The notes beneath the pieces are model-generated. The model was given only the letters and a program-made list of their open reading frames with translations. It ran no database searches and had not been told where the DNA came from. The translations under genes were made by a program, and so were the position numbers. 64,000 nt of DNA from Laetmonice hystrix (taxonomy: Eukaryota), in the NCBI GenBank assembly GCA_965235115.1, contig OZ249436.1, positions 32,738,001-32,802,000 on the forward strand, read 5' to 3'. Of this stretch, positions 13,364-26,043 are shown one piece after another (the first letter of the stretch is position 1; each line of letters starts with the position of its first letter).

Positions 13364-14448
13364 CCGGTGGGTGATAGGCTGTTGTGCCTAATTCTTCAAA
13401 ACGTTGTCTGAAGCCAATGGTACGCTAGGTTTTGAGTCATCTGTGGCATTTTGAAAAATGGCTGAACTGACCAGAAGACAGGGTGTGCCTGGGTTGACCA
13501 TACCTGATTTCAATAGATCTGGATGAGGTCCCACCTGACTGACGGGCCAGGGGCATGAAATTGACAATGATATGGAGAAGGTGACTGAAATGTACACAGA
13601 CCAGTGGCACACAACCTTCGTAATTAAACCCTACCAAGTCAACCAAAAATATATTTTTACGGAATATTGAAAAAATTAAAGTGTTGCGTTACAGGATCCC
13701 CATCCAACCCCACATTTAACCTTGACCCTTTGGTCCCTGTCATACGGGAAAACTTTACCAGGGAGAGGCATGATTTTTTTTAAAAGCTACATTAGTAACT
13801 GATGATGCAGGGTCAGGGTCCTCGGCCCATGTATCTGGCCCAATAATGATGGGCCGTACAAGTTTGTCGTCCACCTGCGGATACAATATTGAGCCAGTTG
13901 ATACAGTTGATCATCATGTTATAACCACATTTTAATTGGTCTCTTTGCAGTCCAAGACCATACTCTGCAGCATTGGTAAGTAAAGGTTTATCTTGATCTT
14001 TTTCAGCAATGTTTTTGGTACAGTTGGAATACTTTTTAAGAATATAATTTTAGCCAAGCGTAAAATAATAAAAAAAAATTGTGCGAATATTCTGTGTCAG
14101 TCCAGGGCCCGTAATTTTACTTGAGTCTGATTGGTTAAATGGATTTCAAGTTAATTAAAATTGACTTGACTTTGCTTGTGAAGCGGACCCTGGTATTAGG
14201 GATTTTTGACAACGTTACGTCACATGGCCCTTGTGGTAACGTGTTTGCATGGTTGAAGCTCGTCATAGAAGGTCAAATTTCTATCAGTGAATATGGGGAA
14301 GTCAAGTTATGCGTTACTTTTCTATTATTGACTTACTTCATACTACAGTCTTTGTATTGTATTGTATTAAATGTACCGAATTTTTTTCTGATAGTTTGGA
14401 GGGGGAGACTGGGTGTGCGGGTTTAATTAATGCAAGAACTGCACCCAT

Positions 14449-14541
14449 CAGGGGCCAGTTGCATGACTCTCCGTTCGTTAATTTCCCCATGTATTTTCAT
14501 TGAGAAATTTAACGAACGGAGAGTCATGCAACTGGCCCCAG
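14449..14541. mobile_element. Palindromic ~90-bp MITE, copy 2
   Basis: CAG|GGGCCAGTTGCATGACTCTCCGTTCGTTAA...TTAACGAACGGAGAGTCATGCAACTGGCCC|CAG; CAG duplicated at both ends. Confidence 0.85.
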
Positions 14542-14670
14542 GCAGAGTGACGTAAAAACATGTCAGAAGACCCAAGTTTAACATATTGGCTCATCTACCA
14601 GTGAAGAATTGCATGTGTGGTCAGGGCAGGGGTGTAGAAGAGTTGTCTTCGCCTGGTCGCTTTTACGGCC

Positions 14671-14763
14671 CTGGAGCCTGTTGCATGACTCTCCGTTCGT
14701 TAATTTCCCCATGTATTTTCAATGAGAATTTTAACGAACGGACAGTCATGCAACTGGCCCCAG
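14671..14763. mobile_element. Palindromic ~90-bp MITE, copy 3
   Basis: CTGGAGCCTGTTGCATGACTCTCCGTTCGTTAA...TTAACGAACGGACAGTCATGCAACTGGCCCCAG; nearly the same spacer as copies 1 and 2. Confidence 0.85.
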
Positions 14764-16501
14764 GTGGTACTAAACGTCTGAATATGAAGTTAACAAAGAT
14801 AAGTGGTTTTGTGAAAAAACAGTAGAAGTAAAGCAGTTGCTGACATTCATGTGGGGAAGCGTCTTGCTTTTCCTTTCCTTGGAATGGGAGTGTCGTTTGT
14901 GTTTGTGCAATGAGATTAGGGGGAGTGTATGGCAAAGAAATGTCTGGAGCATGTCTCATAATATCATTTCATTGTATTCGGGGGAAAACAAGACCCTGAC
15001 AAAGGGATTTGGGGACATGAGGGGTCCGGTGGACCAAGGCAGCTGATATTTATTACGTCCTTTCACGCAGTTCCGGCAATAAACACTGAATCTACCAGCA
15101 ATAATTGTCTGCGGTAAGTCAGTTGTTTAGCAGGCGCAGGGGAGCGGTTTCAACAGTTCACATCTTATATTCCATGAAGGCCAAAGGTTAGCAATGTGGA
15201 AGGCACTCGTGGTTTCTTAGAAAAGCACTAACACATCGTGGTTTTAAATATCTAGGTGTGCTGCAGAGGCTGAAATGCGGGTCGAAATTGAAATTATTTG
15301 TTACCTTCGCCTTTTTGGCGACGTTCATTTATTTGAGAAACAATTTGGATTGTTGTTAGACGACCATTTCCTGATCAGAGGCAATGGTTTAGTTAATGGT
15401 TTAGTTTTTCTGGCTAAACACCAAGTGGCATTTGGTCTCCGTTCAACCAGGCCAGAGGTATTTGGTGAGCATGGAGTGTTTGATATTCGAATCCAGGACG
15501 GAGCTGGGTATGCGGTGCGGCTGTACTCTGTACGCCAAGGGTTAATGGTGTGGTCTGTCCCGCCTGTCCGTCATCCGGGCCATCAGACGATGGTCTAACA
15601 CCTCGAAACTACTGCACAGATTTTCTTTAGATACAGGCCAACAGCTGCTCCAGAGTGGCTGGATGTGCTCTTGGATTTTAGCCAAAAAAGAAACCTCGTA
15701 TATTTGGAACTTTTTGCAAGTTTCTGTGAAGATTTAAGCATACGTCACCTGATTTAAGTATGTGAAGGCCAGGGTTTTTGGGGTTTCCCCCGAAGGGGCA
15801 GCGAGTACAGTTACTAAACCTTACACACACAAAATATCAGTATTTGTTTTTATTCTGATGTTTTTAGATCCACCATTGGTCCATCATGGTGCTCTTTCAT
15901 AATGTTACTTTTACTTACATGTGTGGAAGACTATAACAAGTACTATCTCCAAGGCGGTAAATTCTCGTTGTAAAGTGAATAGAGGTCGTATAGATCCTGG
16001 AAAGTCATCGGGTTTTGCAGTGACAAACTCCTTACAGGGATAATATTGGGAGAAATTCATCGAGTGATGAACATTTTGTTTCTTCTGTCAGAATCCTGCT
16101 TACTCTTTCAGCTTTAGAGTTCTCCGATGCCAAGACAAATCCTGGAACATCGTAGAGCTAAATGCCTTTAGGAGCTACCAGGCTCACTGTGTCTTTCTAG
16201 GTTATTGTCAAGTAATATTAACGAGAGAGTAGAATGGCCCTAGAAGACAGTAAAATACACAACCTAACTATATACAGTAAGAAAGATAATAGCTTTATTG
16301 TTTGCAGTACTTTCTTTTCCTAGAAATTCTCCTCCCGTTATGTAGCCTACGTAAATTCCTCCATTTTCTTTAAATATAGAAGCTTGGCAATACATTCTAG
16401 AAATTTCTTGTAGTAAATCCCTGGTAGATTACAGTTAGGTGCAGATAGGGCTTTTGGTACAAGTGATTGAGTGATGGGCGCAGGCGTCTGCACGCAGAAT
16501 G

Positions 16502-18290
16502 TTTTTTTTTTTTTTTTTTAAGCATTTATTTATACTGGTCAGGTAAATGATCGGGACTGAAAGTCCCGCTTTTCACATGAATGCCAGTTACATAAGTTTG
16601 TTTGCATTCACATTTAGATGGAGAGGGTAGGCAACTTAGTGCAACTTAAACTATTCTATTTACAGTATCAAATCAAATTATATACAAAGTAATTCACAAA
16701 TAACACGTTTACATTCAAGTACATTATAGAACATATTATCACCAGATAAGTAATCGTCATGTTAAGTATCCGTAGGCATAAAACGTAGGCCGAAATGTAT
16801 ACTTATACCATCTAAGACGTTACACATCATATTACAATTTATCAAACAAAATTCCTAACATGATAAGACAATTATAATTACAATGAAAATTTAGTATATA
16901 TTTTAAACTCTTCATATGACCCAATATTCCTAACCTCCGAAGCTAACATGTTCCAGGCAATTGCACCTCTAAATAGGATACTTCTGCTAAACAAAGAATT
17001 ATTAGGACGTATTACACTCAGAGTAATTGCATCATGCTGCCTCGTGTTCACACTGCGTATAGCATGATATACAAGCTTATCTTTCCTTTTGTACATAAAA
17101 TTAAGTAAGTGAGCATTGCGTCTTATAAAGAAGTTAACAATATTATTACGATCGGAAAGTGCATCCAGGTCATGGAGTACAAAGCTTTGGAGAAGGTGAT
17201 CTTTAAGGCTCTTTTAAACATTCTGTCCAATTTACTAAGTGACAATTTTGAAAGTGAAAAAATTGGCAATTTTGCGTAAGCGCTCCTTATCTTTGACTGT
17301 CTCAATCAGTTCTCTAGTGATCCATGGATCGTCTTTATCAACTATAAATGCAGGTTTTATAGGACAATAGTTATTAATAATATTTAATATATTATTATAA
17401 ATTATGTCCCAGTAGCTATCAACATCATCAATTAGTCCCGCGGTGAGCAGGTGCCAGTCACAATTACGCAAATCTGTTTGAAAAATATCTTTATTATAGT
17501 TGTATTATAGTCTTAAATATGTTTTCCGTTTTTTTAAACTTTCTTTAGCTTTCTTTTTAGAAATATAGACAAGGTTGTGATCACTAATGGTAAGTTCCAG
17601 TTGCCCATGGTTTGAAATATATGTGCAGTTAGTTAGAATTAAGTCGATGCAGGTAGAACTTGAAGGAGTAATACGTGTCGGCTCATTTACTATTTGTTTC
17701 AGAGCAAAGTTATTTTCAAGTTCCTTCAATTTCTTTTTACTAGCTGATGATGTTAAATAATCAATATTAAAGTCGCCTAGCACGAACAAGTCAAATTTGC
17801 TAAGGTCCTTGAGGCCATCTAATATGTGGTTAAGACAATTCTTCAACGTTGCCACTAGGTTGCCTATAAAATGTTACCAATAATTAAAGTCTTAGCTGAA
17901 GCTGGTTTAACCTTGACCCATAAACATTCAATATTGCAATTACTTAGATTATATTCAAATAGCTCAGTTGTATTAAAGTTATGAGTCGCAAGTCCTCCGC
18001 CTCTCTTTGGATTGGTACCACGGTCAGACCACGATCTGTCCTTCCTAAATACAGTAAAGGATGGCGGGAATAGCAGTTGATTAGGCATTTGCTGCGTTAA
18101 CCAGGTTTCAGATAGGGTCCATATGTCAAATTTTAATTCATTTAAATAATACATTATACTATCAGCTTTGTTTATAGCACTTTGGAGATTTAGATGTGCA
18201 ATGTGTAAACCACTCATTTCATGAATAACATTTAGTTCTGTTTATAAAACTTTAGGAGTTTTGGTTTCTGCTAAAAACGTGGAAATGATT
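16502..18290 (-). mobile_element. Non-LTR retrotransposon (CR1/L2-clade LINE), 5'-truncated, frameshifted, RT domain deleted
   Basis: Minus-strand ORF pieces carry APE endonuclease motifs (HLNLQS, LSETWL, RGGG, LGDFNID, PTRIT...CIDLILTN, SDH), then PWIT..L. They jump directly to the ORF2 C-terminus (KLDRMFKRALKI, FMYK, NTRQ, SILFRGAIAWNML). An AT-rich 3' UTR follows with a CGGGACT/AGTCCCG hairpin, AATAAA and poly(A) (T-run 16502-16519 on +). 5' boundary approximate. Confidence 0.92.
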
Positions 18291-21200
18291 AAAAAGACTA
18301 AATCTTTCTTAACGTGGGTGGTTTTCCTTTGACGCGTAAGTTAATGTGTCTTAAGGGATCAGAAAGCTGTGTGGACGATATGCGGCGGGGAGATGAGTAT
18401 TTGTCGTGCCTGACCAGGTTAACTTGATACTTTGATTCTGTTAGGTACAGAATTAATTTAAAGAGACACAGATGAGAGAGAGAGACAGATAGGTATTCCC
18501 TAGAGGGAAACAATCGGACATGGTCGTCTTGTTGTGCAGACAGCAGACCCTTCTACAGGCCGGGGTGATGGATAGATCCGTTACCATGGTAACGGCTTGG
18601 TATTCCGACTTCTCAGAGCCTCGCTCTGTTCTGTCATCAGTCACTGCAGCCAATACTATCATTTAGTCTGACTTCTAGTGGCACCGTTTTTTGTGGCACT
18701 GTTTTTTGTTGGAAGTTGTATTTCTCCATTTCAGTAGCGTTGATAATCGAACAGCCATACTCCAGCCTTTTTAAGTCTGTCTTGGGGATTTCTCAGGTAT
18801 GCTGTCTGGGATGATGAAGGGTGTTGTTAACTGTGTTGATCAAGGTCTTTGTTTTTTTATGTTATTTGTCATCATCCCTCACCACCCCCCAACCAACCCC
18901 CGTCACCGCTCGTGGATCTCAGCAAACTTTAGGCGGCGTCACCATTGCTCAATAAAACGTGCCAAGGCGCTGGATACCAGCAGGGCGTAAAGCCACCACT
19001 GGCTTCCACACAGACTCTATGAACAGTTAGGGCTGCTATTGTCACGGTGCTGCATTGACAATGGTTGCTTTTGTAAAGTTGCTTTTGTAAACCCCGAATC
19101 CATCAGCGCAATCGATCCGCTTAAATGTTCTAGTAGTATTGGGAGACATCTTTGAGTATTGAAATCGACCAAAGAGTGCCGAAAACACCTTGACTTGTGG
19201 TGTTTGGTGTTTGTGACGTGAATGATAACGGTTAATTTGCGTAGTCTCGGGTGGAAACACTGCCGAGGTGGAACCGAATCACTTCGTAGCAGTTATTGGG
19301 TTAGCAGCAATTCAATTTCAATGTTGCTGATGGCAATGTTGCTAAAGCTGAGTAAGGGGATGAGGGAGGGACTTACTAAGATACGTTTGTATTCGGATTG
19401 AGATAATGCCAGCTGAATCACGTTATACGGCGCGATAGTCGTGAAGATAACGCACTGAGATATTTCTTGTCAACAAGACCTCGAATGTAAGCATTTGGAG
19501 AACAAGATTCGTTATTGACTGCACCTTGATTTGATTATTAATACTAAGCTGTCAATGCTTCAGCGAGCTGATTTACACTGAAAGCAGCTAATGAAATCAC
19601 TTGATATAATTTCAAAAGAATCGTTTTTAGTATGGTTTGATGGTTGTAGGACATACTGATTACCGGTCAATGAATCGTTTTCATGACCATGAAGATTGAA
19701 CTATTATTTTAGGGAGAAATCTAATAACATTACAATTACGTATTTATCTAAAAGATCCAAATTTTCGTTTTATAGATATCAGAAAATGTAATAGTTTCAC
19801 TTTGCTTTCTGGTGAATTGACATTTAATTATAAGTTTTCTGCTGGCAGAGTTTCCTGGTAGCAGAGGTTTAACGATTAAGAAGACGAATCCGCTGACGGA
19901 ACCAATCAGACGTAGTAATGGAACTAGGCGATAAAATCAACTGAAAAATTGTTCACCAAGATAAGAAATCTAGAACGTCTCATAAGACTTTTTCATGATT
20001 TGTTGCTCTAGTCGAGTCACGGGAAGATGCATGCGGTGGAAAAGGACGCAAGAATTATGCAACGGACAGAATTCCAGTCCGAAAGGACATTAGTATTGTC
20101 AGGAGTGCCATACCACATCATGCCAGGTTGTAATTATAACTTCTTGCCCACCTTAACACTCGCATTCCACAGGGCGCCACTCCCTGTGGCTCTTGTTTCA
20201 ACCTTACAGGCATTTAAGCGACTTTTGCACACTAAGCAGAATGTTTCGCCACTGTTTTTAAGTCCGGATGATCCCAACGAAGTACAGCTTGTCGTAATTC
20301 ATGTCTGCTATTTTACATCTGAACGACAAAAAATTGACATGGAGAAAGGGTCAGCAAGTGCTGATGTTTAATCAAACGTACATCTGTTGTCCCCAAGGTG
20401 TTAATGGTGCATGGTATCTACTAGTAATTGTAATTTATACAAATGAGGCGTTGATATTGGAGATGACGTAAGCCAATTAAGAATCTGGATGAGTGAGATA
20501 GCTGGATCAGCCACGACGTGGAAACCATTATTTATATAAACCTGAACAGATTTAAGCTAAGAACAGTTATACCTGCTGTAGTCATAGCATCTTCACCTAC
20601 CCACTCTCATCTCGTGCTAAACACACAGATCATGAGAAAATGTGGCCAAACTAATTGGGATAAAATACTTTTAGTCTGATTTTATCGTGATGTTACATCA
20701 GTATTTCAGATTAGCTTCCATTATTCCGTCTAACTTGGTCATGACCACAGCAACAGTAAACAGATGCATAACCACGGTCTTAGGCTCCAAGGTAATTACG
20801 AAGTGGGGGTGACCTTATGTGTCTCCCCTCGTTAGAATATCACTCCCTCACATCCAGTAGACTACTAAAGGTACTGGAAGAGTCATCACTGTCATGGTGA
20901 TGGCAGTTGGTTTGTAATAAGAGAAGAGATTTTAGTGACTGTGAGCCTTAGCACGTACGTCAAGGTACGTCAGCTACTACAGAGGGGACGGGAGGCGTTG
21001 GGAACCAAAGACGTAAACCGGAATGACGGAAAGAAACTATGTTAGCCTCTGACAGTTCCTATCTTGTTCATCCCAGGTGTTGACACAAAATCTCAAATGA
21101 TGCCCATCACATCAAACTTGGAAAAATAACATCCTGAAAATGGTGTTTGTTCGGGTGGGGGATTAAACTGGTGTACACTATAGATGTTTGAACAGGAACA

Positions 21201-24200
21201 CTATTACAGTTGGGACGTTAGCTGAAGTGTGCTTCGAGGTATTAGGCTTTTCATGTAACCACTCCCCCCCCCCCCCACCCCCACCCCCAATGTGTACGTA
21301 GTTCACGTAACATGTGGAACGGCTCAGGTTCGTCTTCCAAAGATTGACCTGCCGCTGGTCGTGCATCCTCCGATATAAATGTATTGTGTTTACAGTAACG
21401 GAAGCAGCAGGTGTAGTTTCTCCAGCCACGTCGGTGTGCTTTCATGAGAAAACCTCCGGGGCAAAACGTGTTTGTGCTCATTGGGAGAGAACAAAAATTG
21501 TGTTGATCGCAATTTGATACACAGTATACTCTAGCTCGGATTGCTGTGAAAAGAAAACTGGTAGGGCTCCTGTAGTTATCGGTTAGATGGGTTTTTTGGT
21601 GATTGTAAACATTAGGTCCTTTTTCCTGCCGGAAATCTATTAATGTTGAATTGGCTATTCTTCAGAATGTACATCAGCTGACAATACGTACGTCAAAAAA
21701 TATTGTATAGCCTTGTGCAACAAGTGTAATGTAATTTATTCTCCAGTTATAAGTACACTTTATTATGTACATGTACAAACACTTTATTATGTACATGTAT
21801 ATTATAGATACGAGTTTTGCCAGGTAGGCAAGTTTGGTATTGCTGATGGACTGGCGTGGCAAATGACCTCATTTATAATGATGTTACTTCAAACTTGGTT
21901 TTTGGAAATTCTTGAACGCCGCCCATCACTGGTATCTGAGGTTGACAATAAACGTTAATAATAACTGCAGCGGAACCCAGGCATCAAAAAACATTAATTA
22001 ATTAGAGAATGTTTTCAAACAGTTTGTGTATCCCGACGTGGGTGCTGCGGCCGGGATTGCTCGGAATACGTCGGGACATTCGGAACTACAACGACCTCCT
22101 CAGGCGCCGCGGTTTACGGACATTCCACGGAGGCTGGATGCCAACCAGCCCGATATTTTTTGTCGTACGGATGTTTTAACTGAGTGGCCGTTTGTCGGAC
22201 TCATTTGTCTTTCTGTCCCGTTGCAGCCCAAGGTTTTGGTCGGACCCATTGGTACGTGTGAGTTGACGAGGACGTTTTAGCTGAGAGAGATATGTGAGCT
22301 GTGAGAGGATATTAGACTCGAGCTACTTGCAGCCCGTCTGAGCTACCGTACCGACTACCATCTGGTTGTCTGGACTCCCGGCAGCGAGGGCCTCACCAGG
22401 GATTCTGTCGGAGGACACAGGTGAAGGGAGTGCTCGTCAAGAACCAGGGAAATAAAGCAATGCGAATCGGCAGTCAGGGAGTTGTGCGACTGAGGAAATA
22501 ACCTCAAGGAGCTGAAATAGGTGTTGGTAAACCCGTCGTTGCAGCTAGAACATCACATTATACTTATCCATTTCTCCCAGTTTTAAGGTACCTCTGGTTA
22601 GCATCCAAATAGTTGCGTTACCACGGTTACCTTAAACAGATGAACCTGGCTATGATATTGTTTGTTGGTAATTTCACTTAAGGAAATGTTCTCGGCATTG
22701 GTTCCTCTCACACGGACGGTGGAGTTTGCTTACACATTGTAGATATCCCAAACTTCTTTAGAAGATCAATGGTCTCGAAAGTTTGGAATGGCACATAAAG
22801 TGTTGTTTATAGGCAGATGTTTGGGGAAGTTTAGTTTTCCCAACGGTTTTCCCCGGCAAGAGGTCAAAGAAATTCTGTTCACATGGTATGTATTAAGTCA
22901 GATGTTCCATATGGTATCAAAAGGGTCACTGGTTGTGTTTTATATTCTTGTCTAGATATAAGAGACGATAAAAACGGCTACTTAAACCTGTTAACCTGTT
23001 GGAGCGACCATTTGGTACTCTGTGGTAAAGGGGGAAAGTGCCTGACAGATCAAAGTCGTAGTAGGGTGTATGTTGTTCTCTTCTTTGAGAGATTTAATTA
23101 ATCAAGGTCCAAATATGTCATTTATACCTGTTGACGTTTTACATTTTCAGTATACATACTTACCTTTCTCCAACCCCCCCGTAACACTAATGTAATACTG
23201 ATTATCATTTTTTACATTTTAAGTGTACTTACCTCCGTACCTTTCCCCAAACCCTATACCAGTCTGTTAAAGAGATTACACTGATCATGTTAAGGTGCAT
23301 ATCGTTATGCCGGCCGTTATCGCGTTATATGTTATTTCGTGTACAGATATCCCGTCGTGGTAGCGTTTTACAAGATACCACTGAACAAAGCAAGAATTTT
23401 GAATCTCCTTCATTCAATTTCCATTCCATACCATTACATTTCATTCCATTCGCGTGTGTAAATAATAAATAACATTGCTATAACGAAGGTTAACCTTGGT
23501 GACGCTTTCCAGTACATCTACAGTACTGGATTCGTAACTGGAATCTACTAATATGGTTAACGAACCAAATTGTTAATGATAACACACTTATAATATTATG
23601 CTTGTGGTAATACCTGTGCAATATTATATTACCAGTACATGTATACCGTGAAAAACATATATACTCTAAATGTTTATTTTATACAATAATTTAACATACT
23701 TTTGTTTATTTATCCTTTGAGTAGTTATATCATTATCGGTTCTTATTTGTTGAGAATAATGGAGAAAAACAAATTTGATCTGCAGGGTGCCCCATTAACT
23801 GTGTAACCTGAAGGCGGTAGGATGAAAAGGGCATGCGGTACACAAACAGACTGTCCGCGCTAACTTGAGCTCAATGCATATTCATGATATGTACGATCAG
23901 CCTTGTTGACTGCTGGCTGCTGGCCAATGGGTGAGCTAGGTGCTGGGTACTACCCACGTGTAGGGGGGCAGCACATGGTTTGACCACAGACAGACAGCTG
24001 CCCGCCACTGTCACTGAACCTGTACACACTATGTGAATGATGGGCCCCTCCCTTTTCCTGGCCTTTTCCTGGCATCTGGGAACATTGAAATAAGTATATG
24101 ATTATACTTCAGTTTGAGTGAGATTAATAACAGATACGCTGAAGTTCCTCACTGCCTATTTAATGACCTTAAACGTTTTTGGCCAGAGTCAGAGAGTAAT

Positions 24201-24721
24201 AAGTATTATGTAAGAACGTTTTGGATGTCCGGAGGTAAGAGGCTATGCTCAGTGATGAACAGGTAATCGTAGCGGGTAATCTACAGGTCGGCGCTTTTAA
24301 TCGTTGTTGGTTGGTTGGTTTACTCCAGGTACTGTTGAAAGAGATTGTCGTTGGTTTAGTCAGGTATACGGACTGTAGAAATAATGTACATATATAAGCC
24401 ACCCAGTACGTGTAGTTTCCAGTTTACAGGGGTCTAGATGCTGTCCTAAATGTTGCAGGCATAACTTGAGGATACAGCAGAACCCGCTCGGACTGCGGAC
24501 ACAACAAGAAGTGACTTAAATGTTTAGATTATATTACTTAATAGCATTCAAATTATTAAACTACCGTTTCTGAACATATGTAGTTTATGATTGTGTTTAT
24601 ATGAAGAAACTTTCACTAATCACATCCTTCATGGCCACACACAATGTACAAGTTAGTGCTATAATTCCCCCGCTGCCCCTTATCCTTTTCTCCTCTTTTT
24701 TTTGGGTCTTTCCCCATTTAA

Positions 24722-25067
24722 AGGGAATAGAAAAGTTCCTCACTAACGTACCTTTGAACACCAGTAACACCATATAAAGTGTCTAAGGTCTCACCGATAA
24801 GTGGAACACTGTCAACGGCGACTTTTTAAAAATACCGCCCGGGTCATTCGCTATTTCCCACGTGAGACGGCGGGAGCTATATCTATTAATAGATTGAGAT
24901 AAGCGCCAAATAGGGTAAACAAACCGACGAACCCAGCGGGAGAATGTGTCTACATTTAGGTTGATTATTCCTTTATTAAAGATCAGATAATCACAGAATT
25001 GTAGGTAAGAACAAGCTTGTTCATGCTGAACACCCTTATATTGATAGTTTGAACTTTTCTATTCCCT
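24722..25067 (+). mobile_element. Non-autonomous DNA transposon, TTAA TSD, 17-bp TIR (Kolobok-like), complete copy
   Basis: TTAA|AGGGAATAGAAAAGTTC ... GAACTTTTCTATTCCCT|TTAA; AG...CT termini; a second copy lies inverted at 44822-45154. Confidence 0.9.
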
Positions 25068-25214
25068 TTAATGCGACTCTATAATTGAAGTGATTAAAGC
25101 GGAGGTAAAATACGTAACAGAATAATAATGCCCCTACCTATAAAATGACCACCTGACTGCTAGCAAACGTGCTGCAGATAAGGTCCTCTGATTATACGAT
25201 TGAATTCGTAGTAT

Positions 25215-25949
25215 TATCGTACCCCTAGTTTCACTATGGGCTACTCTTGCTCAAAATAATGAACAGACAACTTATGTCAGAGACAATTCTTATGTTTAGT
25301 TGTAAATTGTATACGTTTGATTTACACCCAGAAAGATTATATGTTCATTATAAACATTTACCAACCATGTTATGGTGTATTAAGGATTTAACCACCGTTC
25401 TCAGATGTTCAGTTTGTATTCATTGTCTGCTACCAGCATCTTAGGTTTACAAACAATGTAATCTCTTGGGTGACATATGTTCTCCATTGATGGTTTTCCC
25501 CAGCTTTCGTTTGGGAGGTTGATTTATTAATGAAGGCAGGACAGTCATAGGGGCAGAGTCGCTCATCACAGGGAACCCGTAATACAGGTGTTTTCTCACC
25601 TATTGTTTCCCACCTCTGTGAAGCAGCTCACTAGTGCCAGGATGTCGGCCTCAGTAATCACTGCTCATTAGACTGTCTGCCAGTGCCAACTTACTTGTCT
25701 TTAACAACAATATACAATCCCCAAAGTGGCCTGCCCTGTGATGGTTTAGCCAATCGGGAGCTAGCATTTTTATGTTGTATATCATTGGTCAGTTTGACAA
25801 TGGTTTTCTCTATATATACTCATGTTATAACTTTGTACAAAGACTTGGAAAGTGAACTGGAATAAACTTCATATAGTTGACCAGCTCAACCTCGTCCTTC
25901 TGCTGTACACGCAGTCTTCTGGAATGTCGTAGGAACCCTCCGTACGATA
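25215..25949 (+). repeat. 5' LTR (735 bp)
   Basis: Apparently identical to 27322-28056 (offset 2107; the two small ORFs in the track are identical in both). Contains a TATATATA run (~25811) and AATAAA (25861). Confidence 0.95.
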
Positions 25950-25951
25950 AT

Positions 25952-25967
25952 TGGTGGAGAACCCGGG
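25952..25967 (+). promoter_or_regulatory. Primer-binding site, tRNA-Ala-like
   Basis: TGGTGGAGAACCCGGG starts 2 nt after the LTR end. Its reverse complement ends ...TCTCCACCA, as in the 3' ends of eukaryotic tRNA-Ala plus CCA. Confidence 0.8.
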
Positions 25968-26043
25968 TAGTTAGCTCTTTTTAGCTGCTAACAGTCCCTA
26001 TATGTATTAGCTCCCAGAAGACACAGCCTGCCTGAAGACAACC

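Noticed and set aside
22026..22500. CpG-enriched stretch with an 84-aa ORF
   Set aside because: Non-ATG start, no recognisable protein motif and no convincing splice pair; promoter or old repeat origin cannot be decided by eye.
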